Shown piece by piece: positions 38,264 to 47,030 of a DNA stretch of 59,460 nt. This DNA is from a virus (Duplodnaviria > Caudoviricetes). A program made the position numbers and the translations under genes. Numbering within the stretch: position 1 is the first letter of the stretch; the number at the start of each line of letters is the position of its first letter. The notes under the pieces were generated by a model. That model saw nothing but the letters and a program-made list of their open reading frames with translations, was not told where the DNA came from and made no database searches. The DNA lies in the IMG/VR virus record IMGVR_UViG_3300033148_005420, positions 1-59,460 of that record; one strand, written 5' to 3'.

Positions 38264-39043
38264 ATGCATGAATTAATCAAGGTGAAGGAAAGCAGTATTG
38301 GTGGTGAGCAGGTGAATTCTATTGATGCCCGACAGCTTCATGAGTTTTTGGGTAGCCGCAAAGACTTTTCAAATTGGGTAAAGGCCAAGGTTGTAAATAA
38401 TGTATTTTTCACGGAAGGTCAGGACTATATCTTGCTCACCCGATCGGGCGAGCAAACCGGCAGCGGTGGTCACAATAGAAAAGATTATGCGCTAACAATG
38501 GATACAGCTAAAAAAGTATCTATGGCCGAGCAGACCGAAGCCGGAAACAAGGCCCGTGATTATTTCCTTGAGTGTGAAAAAGTTGCCAAGGGCGGGCTGG
38601 CCCCTGCGGTCGGAAGTAAGAGGGAGGTGTTCGAGCTAGAACTGATTGGCTACGAGCACGCAGCGAGAATTCTCGACATTTCCCAAAACAGCCTGCTGGA
38701 CGGAGTTCATACCGTGTACGAAAACAACGGCGTTTCACCTGCTGCCCTGCCGCAATATACCGAAAAGGTTCGAGTGGTTTGTTCAGCGAAAGACCTGCTC
38801 AAAAAGAATAATTGCGGTGGAATGTCAACAATAGGGTTCAATAAGCTCTTAATCCGCATAGGATATCTTGAGACAAAGACCAGGTTAGGATCAAAAGACG
38901 TAATCAAGCCCTACAAGTCCATTACAGAAAAGGGTCTAAAATACGGGCAGAATGATGCTTTTAGAGGTTCATCTACCCAGACCCAGCCACATTGGTTTGA
39001 AGATACCTTTATGGAGCTTTACGCCCTCGCAACAGCGCAATAA
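38264..39043 (+). CDS. antA: AntA/AntB-family antirepressor with a KilAC-like C-terminus
   Basis: IDARQLHEFLGSRKDFSNWVK...F.EGQDY...GGHNRKDYALTMDTAKKVSM.E....G..ARDYFLECEK; C-terminal ITEKGLKYGQN. Confidence 0.9.
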   Translation: MHELIKVKESSIGGEQVNSIDARQLHEFLGSRKDFSNWVKAKVVNNVFFTEGQDYILLTRSGEQTGSGGHNRKDYALTMDTAKKVSMAEQTEAGNKARDYFLECEKVAKGGLAPAVGSKREVFELELIGYEHAARILDISQNSLLDGVHTVYENNGVSPAALPQYTEKVRVVCSAKDLLKKNNCGGMSTIGFNKLLIRIGYLETKTRLGSKDVIKPYKSITEKGLKYGQNDAFRGSSTQTQPHWFEDTFMELYALATAQ

Positions 39044-39097
39044 TAACTCAGCACAAAACCACCTAGGTATCACGCAATGCCCAGGTGGTTCAAGAAA

Positions 39098-39601
39098 TCA
39101 CTCCCCACCATACCGTTTCCCATATTCCTTGTCCAGGATGAGCAACCCAGGCGGAACCTTCTCCCCTGCATGATCCATGGCTTGCCTAATCTCGTTAATA
39201 TCCTTCCAAAAATCAGCTTCAAGATCCATGAGGAACTTAGCGCAACCGTGCTCTCCGCCACCGGTCAGCTTCCCGACAGCCCCTTTAATAGCAACCAAAA
39301 CAGCGTTATCTTTCTTACTGATCATATCGAGTACCGCCCCGGCTGTCCATCCTTGCCCGGTTGCCGGAACGCTTTCAGTGGCTTGCAAAACAGGAATAAT
39401 GCCCCCGTGGTCGCAAATATGTTCGTAAATCTTACCAGCATACTCCCGGCGTTCCTTTGCCTCAACACAGGCCATAGCGGAAAGTCCAGGGGCATACTCT
39501 GACCGTAACCAGTAAGAGGCGGCTTGGCAATGCTTTGCGGCTCTGCTTAGCTCAGTGGCGACTATCAGTAACAGCCCGGCAGTTTGTTGATCCATGTTCA
39601 T
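39098..39601 (-). CDS. Ferritin-fold protein with a degenerate ferroxidase centre
   Basis: 167 aa; ASYW...PGL...EAKERREYAGKIYEHICDHGG and terminal GLLILDKEYGKR follow the FtnA pattern. Confidence 0.75.
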   Translation of the reverse strand: MNMDQQTAGLLLIVATELSRAAKHCQAASYWLRSEYAPGLSAMACVEAKERREYAGKIYEHICDHGGIIPVLQATESVPATGQGWTAGAVLDMISKKDNAVLVAIKGAVGKLTGGGEHGCAKFLMDLEADFWKDINEIRQAMDHAGEKVPPGLLILDKEYGKRYGGE

Positions 39602-39602
39602 G

Positions 39603-39824
39603 CTATTTCCCTTTCTTTTTTAGGCAAAATTCAATCACCTCGTCAATATTATCAACAAACCATTCGGCTGTAATTCCAGAGACAATCAGCTTGCATACCG
39701 AAACAATCCAAATTTTCAACATCCCGGACATTGTGCCTGAGTAATGCTTGTCTGCGGCTTTGTCTAAGATTTTTTTATATTTAGGAAGCAGTGAACACCA
39801 CACCTTGTTGGTCTGTTTTTTCAA
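39603..39824 (-). CDS. Small RHH-like DNA-binding protein
   Basis: KVWCSLLPKYKKILDKAADKHYSGTMSGMLKIWI; GGGGAG RBS before TTG. Confidence 0.5.
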   Translation of the reverse strand: MKKQTNKVWCSLLPKYKKILDKAADKHYSGTMSGMLKIWIVSVCKLIVSGITAEWFVDNIDEVIEFCLKKKGK

Positions 39825-39838
39825 AATCTCCCCTTAAA

Positions 39839-39876
39839 TAAACAGGGCCATTATGGTTATAGGCCCTGTTGTTTAC
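39839..39876 (-). terminator. Hairpin/possible terminator after the UGA-containing gene
   Basis: AACAGGGCC...GGCCCTGTT followed by TATTT on the minus strand. Confidence 0.55.
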
Positions 39877-39889
39877 AAATGGACTGCTT

Positions 39890-40972
39890 TTATCCTGGTT
39901 CAGTTGCTGGCTCTGGCACTGGATCAGTTTCCGGCACTGGATCAAGCTCAATTAAAGGTTCAACCAAAGGTTCTGGCTCTGGCTCCGGTTCTGGTTTCGA
40001 TTCAACTACCGGCTGAGGACATGGCCCCAAGGTATCGCCATGACCATAGTGGGTTTCAAGGGCATTAACGCTCACAGAGATGTCTTCGCCATTGTGGCAT
40101 AAGTCAACCTTTTTTGGCTCCTCTCCACTTCCATCATCTTCGCCGCCGATGATATCAATATCAATATTGATATCGTTATCATTGGTGTTATCGTTGTTAA
40201 GTTCGTTGTTCAGCTCCGTGTCCGCTGTATCATCATAACAACCACGGGTGCCGAATCCTGCATTACTGCTTTTGCCTACCGGTGGCACGGTGTCACCGCT
40301 CCCGGCGAGAACACCTTCAGGGGGGCTACCTGCCGCCCCCCGTCCCCCGCCGCCTCAGTGGTGGCCGTGGTGGCCGTTATCACGCAGATCATTGAGTAAT
40401 TCAAGGCGTTCGACCTTCCGCTCTGCCCGATCAAGGTCACGGGTAATAGCACGGCCCTCGGAAGCTTTAATCTCTGCCAAAACCTCTGCCTTGTCTTCAG
40501 CAGCCTGTAATTGCAACTTACAGCAGCACTTATCAGACTCTCGGGCGTTTGCGTTAATTTGCGCTACAAGAGCAGCATGTTGGTCAGCGCCTCGTAATTC
40601 TGATCGAAACTGGTTATCACTCGCACGGTTACCGGTTTCGTTGATATTATCACAGATTTTTCCGTGACCATCAACAACGAGATCAGCTATTCGTCCGGCA
40701 GAAATAGACCTCTGGATATTTTCAATCCCGGTGTTTCCAATTTCCCTATTGGCAAGGACATCAGCACGGATCACAGCAGGCCCGGCATAAGGAGCGAAAC
40801 CGCCATTGCCACCGCCTTCACCGCCACGACCAAGAAAGCTACCGTTTCCAGCACGTACAGTGTCAACCAGTTGAGCTAATCCAGATAAATCCATACTCAT
40901 ATCATTCCCTTTTGCTTTATTGTCACCTGTCATGTCGACAGGCGCTTCCTTTGCGGAATTTGCAGCGTTCAT
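39890..40972 (-). CDS. CCC/His-rich protein (205 aa to UGA) with an in-frame 154-codon extension; 360 aa if the UGA at codon 206 is decoded
   Basis: ORFs 40355-40972 and 39890-40288 share a frame and the 22 codons between them are open (GGGGRGAAGSPPEGVLAGSGDT). GAGGA RBS at 40972. The 205-aa part is well supported; the fusion is inferred. Confidence 0.6.
40320..40341 (-). promoter_or_regulatory. SECIS-like / readthrough hairpin
   Basis: mRNA GGGGGGC-GGCAGGUA-GCCCCCC starts 13 nt after the UGA at 40355-40357. Confidence 0.5.
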
Positions 40973-41126
40973 TTGTTCCTCTTTGTAAAATTTCCGTTAA
41001 TTCATACTAGAGGGACATAAAGAGAATTGCATCTAAATATCTGGAACTGCTGTATTAAAAGTTGCTAAACGTTGCTAGACAGCAACAAAAACAAAAGAGG
41101 CGTGAGGGTCTGGTATTATTTTTGCA

Positions 41127-41156
41127 TAAAAAAAGCCAACCCGAAGGCTGGCTTTT
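41127..41156. terminator. Intrinsic terminator ending the tail/lysis-region operon
   Basis: AAAAAAAGCCAACC-CGAA-GGCTGGCTTTT; U-tract present on the minus strand. Confidence 0.8.
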
Positions 41157-41171
41157 CAGAATCATGTAATG

Positions 41172-41384
41172 CTATTTTTTGCTCTTCGGGGGATCTTTTG
41201 AAGGGTCAATCACCTTGACACTGAGCTCCGGGAACCCTGTTACACAGCCTTGAGTTGCGCATAGAACCATAATACCTTCGGGGGTATCGACTATGAGCAT
41301 GTTGCTGTCTTGGCATTTAGGACATTTCCACGCCTGTACCGGTGGCTGATTGTTTTCACTTTTTTGGTCGGGGGTATCAGTCAT
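41172..41384 (-). CDS. Small Zn-ribbon protein
   Basis: CPKC...CATQGC; start taken at MTDTP. Confidence 0.55.
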   Translation of the reverse strand: MTDTPDQKSENNQPPVQAWKCPKCQDSNMLIVDTPEGIMVLCATQGCVTGFPELSVKVIDPSKDPPKSKK

Positions 41385-42020
41385 TTTGCCCCTCTTTCTG
41401 CTCAACTAACCGAAGATTCTTCAGCACGCTCTCGGTCAACAGTCCAATTTGGAGGTCGGAACCGCCATTCTCCAGCGTCTTGCGCAATTTGGTCACACAG
41501 GTTGCCATTGAGTTATATGAAGTTGCTGCATTCTTAAGCTGGGTGGTTAGGCCATCCTCACCGAGGAGAACCAGTCCTAATAGGTCTTCCAGTGGGGTAG
41601 GTTCGTCCTGGTCTTTAGGAGGAGCTATAAACCCATGGTTCGCTAGCCTTGTCCAGTCAAAACCAGACAGGGGTTCTTCTGGCTTGGCCCGTGCTGCCGC
41701 CTCGAATTTTGCCAGGGATAATTGCCGCTGCTTCCCCGTGCCCTTCGTAAGGTCAACATGACGGAACCTCACGAACCTCTCGGATCCATGAAGCAGGCTG
41801 TAAGAATATTCATCTACAATAATCGGCCCCCACACTCCGGTCGAGGGATTGCACATCAGTCCGACATCGGGGTCTTTCGGGTCGCCATTGGTATCAAGAA
41901 ACCGATTTTTGTAAATTTTGTAATCACTCCTTGCTGCTTTTATCTCGTCCTTCAGGAGTCCGGTTATGAATGCAAGTGATCCGGCTGTGGTTAGCGTGAT
42001 TAAACTAGCTGTATCCATAT
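41377..42020 (-). CDS. Hypothetical protein with an N-terminal transmembrane segment
   Basis: MDTASLITLTTAGSLAFITGLL; AGGAG RBS; start taken at ATG ~42020. Confidence 0.65.
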
Positions 42021-42823
42021 TAATTATTCTCCTTTGGTTCGAGGGCAACAATCTTGCGACCATTGTTTTCATCAGGAACAATCATTGAATTCTGAATAAC
42101 AGTCAAAGCTTCAGCGATACTATAAGTCCAATCGATATTGCGCTGTTGGGTAGTCACTTGGATAACAATCTGACCATTTCCGCAATCCATAGCTTTGGTA
42201 GATTTCATCCAGCCTTCTTTTTCGCTGGAGGCCTTGCAAAGGAGTTGAAACATGTCCCCGTTTCCGACTACCCGAATATCCTTGACGTTTTTCCGGGCTC
42301 CAGAGACCTCACTGTTGTGAAGGGTTTTAACACCTGTACCAACAGGTACATAGTTTTCGGAATAGTATTTAGGAGAAATATACCACTGGTCTTGCACGTT
42401 ATCTTCGGCATGGCAAATCATGCCTCCTTTAACCGGCGAACCATGCTCGCTTACCGTAATTCCGCCCAGATCCTCCCCTTCAGCATAAGGTCGCATCATA
42501 GTTACGCCCGTCTTGGAGTGGGGGATACTTGATCTTGTTTTGGGTGCTTTTGTTTCACATCTGGTGCTAACAGGCCGATAAGCCTCATCAGCCGGAGTCT
42601 TTGGACTCCAGGAAACATAACCATCTTTGTATCTCACCAAATAACCTTCTCCGTTATCTTTAATAGCATCATCCATGCAGATCTTGTGGGACATGTGCCG
42701 CTCTGCTTCTGTGGCGCTCATTGGCACTAAGTCCACAGTTTTAGTACCGATGTTTTTTACCCACGGAAGGTCATTAATAGCCAATACTTCTTCAGCTTCA
42801 CACATCTTTGCTTTTTCACTCAT
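42020..42823 (-). CDS. Three-module phage protein (candidate anti-defence concatemer)
   Basis: Module 1 IGTKTV...GYLVRYKDGYVSWSPK; module 2 MRPY..GEDL.GI.VS...GGMI...DQWY; module 3 KTLHNS.VSGARKNVKDI...GWMKSTKAM. Confidence 0.7.
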   Translation of the reverse strand: MSEKAKMCEAEEVLAINDLPWVKNIGTKTVDLVPMSATEAERHMSHKICMDDAIKDNGEGYLVRYKDGYVSWSPKTPADEAYRPVSTRCETKAPKTRSSIPHSKTGVTMMRPYAEGEDLGGITVSEHGSPVKGGMICHAEDNVQDQWYISPKYYSENYVPVGTGVKTLHNSEVSGARKNVKDIRVVGNGDMFQLLCKASSEKEGWMKSTKAMDCGNGQIVIQVTTQQRNIDWTYSIAEALTVIQNSMIVPDENNGRKIVALEPKENN

Positions 42824-42849
42824 TGGAACTACTCCTTTTTAAAGTTATT

Positions 42850-43254
42850 TTAATTCTTTCTAAACCATGCAATACAAAGGGACATCATAGCAAGTATCAC
42901 TGACAGCGCAGAGCCAACTAATGCTTTTCTATCAGCAACACGTTGTTTGTCATTGGCGATATGGTTCCCGAGATCCATTGCCATTTTTTTTTTTTCGTGC
43001 TTGATAATCGCAACTTCTTCTTCAACACGAATAACCTCCTCACGGAGGGCATCCCCGACTTCCCAAAGATCCTGAATGTCTTTTTCAGCCCTCTCCATTC
43101 GTGGGGTCAGGGCAAGAAGTTCCTTTACATCTGCTCTGATCTCTGTGACCATTTCGTACATTAGGGTTTTCCAGTCCTGATTAGCAGCGCCAACGGCGGA
43201 AGGTTCGTGGAGTAAAAAAACACCAAACACTATACTGCATATGATTTTTTTCAT
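42850..43254 (-). CDS. Membrane protein (signal/TM, coiled coil, C-terminal TM); possible lysis protein
   Basis: Hydrophobic N- and C-termini flank a coiled coil; downstream of the tail fibre. Confidence 0.55.
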   Translation of the reverse strand: MKKIICSIVFGVFLLHEPSAVGAANQDWKTLMYEMVTEIRADVKELLALTPRMERAEKDIQDLWEVGDALREEVIRVEEEVAIIKHEKKKMAMDLGNHIANDKQRVADRKALVGSALSVILAMMSLCIAWFRKN

Positions 43255-43379
43255 CGGGCTCCCTGTACGATATACGGAATTTCTTCTAGTTCAATCGGGT
43301 CACCACTTGGGGTGGGAGGTGGTGATAAGGCGCAGCCACCAAGAAAACAAGCGACTATTACATAAAGTATGATTTTCAT
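43251..43379 (-). CDS. Small Pro-rich lipoprotein (o-spanin-like), 42 aa
   Basis: Below the track cutoff: MKIILYVIVACFLGGCALSPPPTPSG...; LGGC lipobox; ATGA-coupled on both sides. Confidence 0.55.
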   Translation of the reverse strand: MKIILYVIVACFLGGCALSPPPTPSGDPIELEEIPYIVQGAR

Positions 43380-44026
43380 TGTTCTTCTCCTTTTATCATG
43401 ATCGGATTGGCTGAATCTTGGAGGTGCCCGGTGGTCCCCATGTCAGAATCAATTAAGTTATACTGGTCAGCGTGTGGCCTCCGGATGAACGCCTTAAGCA
43501 CATCACCACCTGTGAACCATTTCCCCAGCTCCACCAAGGGCTCTACCCAGGGGGATATAACGGCATTCCACTTGTCATCCCACGTTCTTAACCCTGGGTA
43601 ATGGTACCTCAATAGATCGGCCTTGGCCTGCTGCATAGGGTCGATTACTTTCGGGCCGACTTGTATATTCACGTTTGATGACCCCTGAACAACATAAACG
43701 TCACCTTTTGCTGTTATTTTTGAGGACATGCTTTCAGGGGTCTTGATAGCTATGTCAAAATTCTGATCCGACTCGCCTGTGCAAACAAGGTTATCGGGGC
43801 ATTGATCAAGGCAGTCTTGAGTGCATTCATTCTCACATATTAGGCCGCAGGGGGTTTCACCACTGCCTTGTGGGAGCGGATCTGCGCTTTGACCTTGCTG
43901 AATTATAAGGCGGTCTGTTCTTCCTTTCTGGTACTCTCTATACATGGCTAGATTTATTTCACCAGGACTGGGAGCGCAGCCAGTCAGTAAAACTAAAGGA
44001 ATTGCAATGAATATTCTCTTCATCAT
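43376..44026 (-). CDS. Lipoprotein with an internal Cys-rich segment
   Basis: MKRIFIAIPLVLLTGC lipobox; CGLICENECTQDCLDQC. Confidence 0.7.
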   Translation of the reverse strand: MMKRIFIAIPLVLLTGCAPSPGEINLAMYREYQKGRTDRLIIQQGQSADPLPQGSGETPCGLICENECTQDCLDQCPDNLVCTGESDQNFDIAIKTPESMSSKITAKGDVYVVQGSSNVNIQVGPKVIDPMQQAKADLLRYHYPGLRTWDDKWNAVISPWVEPLVELGKWFTGGDVLKAFIRRPHADQYNLIDSDMGTTGHLQDSANPIMIKGEEQ

Positions 44027-46515
44027 ATCGCCGCCTTAAAGGTTATTTGGTCGATTATCACGCTTAACTCACGAACAGAGGTAACAACATCTGGCTCAGC
44101 GTATATTTTAAATACCAAATCCACGCTAGTAGGCCCGTCTACCCACCTATAACTACTGTCTTTATTTACCTCACCGTTCTGGCCTTCACCAGCCTCTCCA
44201 AAGGTTAAAAGGATTCCGTCCCCGCTATCGCAGGACAGCGTGGAAAACGTCTCTATAAAACCAGATCCCGAGATCCAGTTTTCGGGAACCATGGTGCGAA
44301 CCTCTCCCTCGTTGCCTATATGCTTTTGTATGCCTACGTACTCAAAGTCTCCAGTTTCATATACAGCCCTTACATAGTCCGTTCCGCTGACAATCTCGAC
44401 ACCAAAAGCTATACCCCCGTCAATAGCGCCATCATTATGGGTCGACTGCATCCGGTAAGAGGCTCGTATCTCGGCTATTTGGGTAATCAGTAACGGAGAT
44501 AAGTCAAAAGTTTTTTTGACTATTACAGCAGATCCTGGAGCTATTACAGCTTCCAGAAAAATACCAGTCGCGGTGATTTCGGCGTTGACCCCGGTAGGGG
44601 ACCCAACAACTTCATAGCTCCATCCGTCCGGCCCGGTTGCCCCGTCAACTAAAAAATCATGAGGCTCCCAGTAATCCTCCAGTCGCTCCGCCCAGCCGTA
44701 TTTGTCTGGAACCCAAACACCATCACCCTGACAGGTCTCCTTACGTAGTCGAAATTCTGTGTTGAACACGTAGTTACCCAGGATTGGATCAGGTAAGGCA
44801 TCCCGTTCAGCGGTTGTCAGATTGCCACGAAAACCGTTTATTAATCCATCATACTGAGACATATCCAGATGGATACGCTCATCGGCATTACCACCTTGCA
44901 GTCCTGGCAGGCCATTATGTGCAACCTGGACAACGCCTTGGCTGCCGCCACCCGAGCTGTATAGTAAAATTGTGTGGATTTCGGCTGCGCCTTGCTCGAT
45001 AATAACGGTGGATAGATACACACCCATCCCACCCAACTCTACCGGGAGCACCCCTGGAATTTCTGCGGTCATTGCTTCTTCTGGGTTTTTGAAAGACCCC
45101 GAAGCAACGACAGATAGATGAGGGGTATCATCATCCAGGGAAATGAAAACAAAATAGGCAGTTGACTTACCAGTGCCGAGCGTTGCGGGAGTTATCGAAC
45201 CATCGTTATAGAGCAGGTTGCTTACTTGAGTGTTGTCTTGGGTCTCGCTCCAAGACGTGCCAGAGCCGTAAAATAAAGAAAAGGTGCCAGTGCCGGAAGT
45301 GTCAAAAGCAGGTGTGCTTGGGTTGGACAAAATAAACCAAAACCGCCCGGCACTGACCTTGATGTGCCTTGTTCCAGCATTTGCTGTCAAGGCTGTACCT
45401 GGAACAACAATTTTACCTTCCAAATCCATCGCCTTGCGACGGATTTTTCTGCCCGCATCCACATTGTTCGCAAACGCACCAATACGATGCACGTCGTTTC
45501 CGACTCTACTGGACACATACAAGATGCATTTATCTAAACAATTAAAGTCGTTTATATTGCTTGTTTTTTTGACCTCTGGAACACCAGCACTGTAATCAAC
45601 GTAGACAAAGTTGATAAATCCGTCGATCAACTCTATTTCGGTCTCGGGGAATGAAAGCCAAATTATTGGAGCAGTCTCGGAATCGGTTGCTCGTAACCAT
45701 CCCTCTCCAGCTCCGATTATCGCGGACCCGTTCTCAAGATTTGTCCATGTCACGCCACTAAATAAACCAGCAGAAGCGATATAGTCAATAATCTTATCAA
45801 GGGTTAGCGTCTCTGTAGGGGTGCCAATGATCCTGGAGTCAGGGACACTGATCTGGTCGGTATCTAGCGAGTCGACCGGTGGTATCGTAGCAGCATAATC
45901 CTCGACAAACTTCTTATTGGCCGGGTCATTATCCAGAGCAGGCACAAAAACAGGATCGTCGGTGTTACCTTTCAGAAGGACAGTTTCAATCAGAGCATAA
46001 GGATCAAGGTTTTCATCACCGGTGTTCTCGCCAGTCGTTCGATCCAGCAAATCAGCCAGGGCCGTTAACGCGGTGTCGATTACAGCATGGTCGTTAGTGC
46101 CCTTGTCTGGTAGGTCGGAATGGGTAGCACCATGGGGGTTGCCGCTGGTTATTTCCCTATGTGCTTTACTGGCTGCAACGTCGGTATTTTCTGAGATTAC
46201 GGTATTTGCTTCAGACTCAAGGAGATACTGAACAAAAGGGTCGGAGGTGTTGATTAGATCAGTGATAAGTCCAGCGGCAACGCCTTCATCCTCCTTGCCG
46301 TCTGTGAGGCCCTGAATAGCCGCTACAATAGCGAGGAGGTCTGTAACCAGGGCTGTGATAGCTGATTGAGGGTGTTGGTCGGGCAAGTCACGGTTCAAGG
46401 CAGTAGCATGATCGTTGGTACCGGTGCCCCCTCCGTCTTTACCTGGGGGGCCAGCAAGAGCGTATTTTGGCCTGACGATTACCTGTTGATAGTTAGGTTT
46501 AATATCAACCATCAC
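44023..46515 (-). CDS. Tail fibre / receptor-binding protein
   Basis: 830 aa; short collagen-like GPPGKDG; His motifs HATALNRDLPDQHPQSAI, NPHG and HNGLPGLQGG...H seen in trimeric fibres. Confidence 0.75.
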   Translation of the reverse strand: MMVDIKPNYQQVIVRPKYALAGPPGKDGGGTGTNDHATALNRDLPDQHPQSAITALVTDLLAIVAAIQGLTDGKEDEGVAAGLITDLINTSDPFVQYLLESEANTVISENTDVAASKAHREITSGNPHGATHSDLPDKGTNDHAVIDTALTALADLLDRTTGENTGDENLDPYALIETVLLKGNTDDPVFVPALDNDPANKKFVEDYAATIPPVDSLDTDQISVPDSRIIGTPTETLTLDKIIDYIASAGLFSGVTWTNLENGSAIIGAGEGWLRATDSETAPIIWLSFPETEIELIDGFINFVYVDYSAGVPEVKKTSNINDFNCLDKCILYVSSRVGNDVHRIGAFANNVDAGRKIRRKAMDLEGKIVVPGTALTANAGTRHIKVSAGRFWFILSNPSTPAFDTSGTGTFSLFYGSGTSWSETQDNTQVSNLLYNDGSITPATLGTGKSTAYFVFISLDDDTPHLSVVASGSFKNPEEAMTAEIPGVLPVELGGMGVYLSTVIIEQGAAEIHTILLYSSGGGSQGVVQVAHNGLPGLQGGNADERIHLDMSQYDGLINGFRGNLTTAERDALPDPILGNYVFNTEFRLRKETCQGDGVWVPDKYGWAERLEDYWEPHDFLVDGATGPDGWSYEVVGSPTGVNAEITATGIFLEAVIAPGSAVIVKKTFDLSPLLITQIAEIRASYRMQSTHNDGAIDGGIAFGVEIVSGTDYVRAVYETGDFEYVGIQKHIGNEGEVRTMVPENWISGSGFIETFSTLSCDSGDGILLTFGEAGEGQNGEVNKDSSYRWVDGPTSVDLVFKIYAEPDVVTSVRELSVIIDQITFKAAI

Positions 46516-46994
46516 ACCCCTCCGACAGCATATAAACCACAGGCTTCGTCAATGATAACCTCGGAGCCCACTGTCAGGCCCATAGTGATATACACAATTG
46601 TTTCTTTAGGTATTTTGTTTATCGTTTCAATAGGGATTGTTCCTGACCAGTATTCGTTCTCGTATTTGGTATTGTCGACATCGTATACCCCAGCGTTATA
46701 TTGCGGAATGACGATATCATCATACTCTGTAGTGGCGATATCAAGGTCGCCCGCGAACCTGATATGAAGCTCAGCGACCCCTTGCGGTGTCGGTATAGAG
46801 GAAACCACTTCACCGGTCACTGGATCAATCTCTTCGACAGTACCGATTAAACGGGTAATAGGTATTGATTGGTTAAGCACGAGGATAGAGCCATTTAGCT
46901 CTTTAGTGAACAACAGCCGGATGCTAGAGTCTGGGAGCCCTAAATCTTCTATCTTGATGCCCGTAGGCAAACCACAAGGATTACAGATATTCAT
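46512..46994 (-). CDS. Putative fibre-attachment/structural protein
   Basis: Acidic beta-rich ORF coupled to the fibre gene. Confidence 0.5.
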   Translation of the reverse strand: MNICNPCGLPTGIKIEDLGLPDSSIRLLFTKELNGSILVLNQSIPITRLIGTVEEIDPVTGEVVSSIPTPQGVAELHIRFAGDLDIATTEYDDIVIPQYNAGVYDVDNTKYENEYWSGTIPIETINKIPKETIVYITMGLTVGSEVIIDEACGLYAVGGV

Positions 46995-47030
46995 AGTTTA
47001 TTAATAGCAAAGATTCCATTATTCAGCAAG

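Noticed and set aside
40248-40667. Plus-strand 139-aa ORF spanning the UGA site as the real gene
   Set aside because: It is an antisense shadow (Ser/Arg/Pro-rich, no RBS), and the minus frame has the RBS and the protein-like motifs. Its openness does not explain the hairpin.
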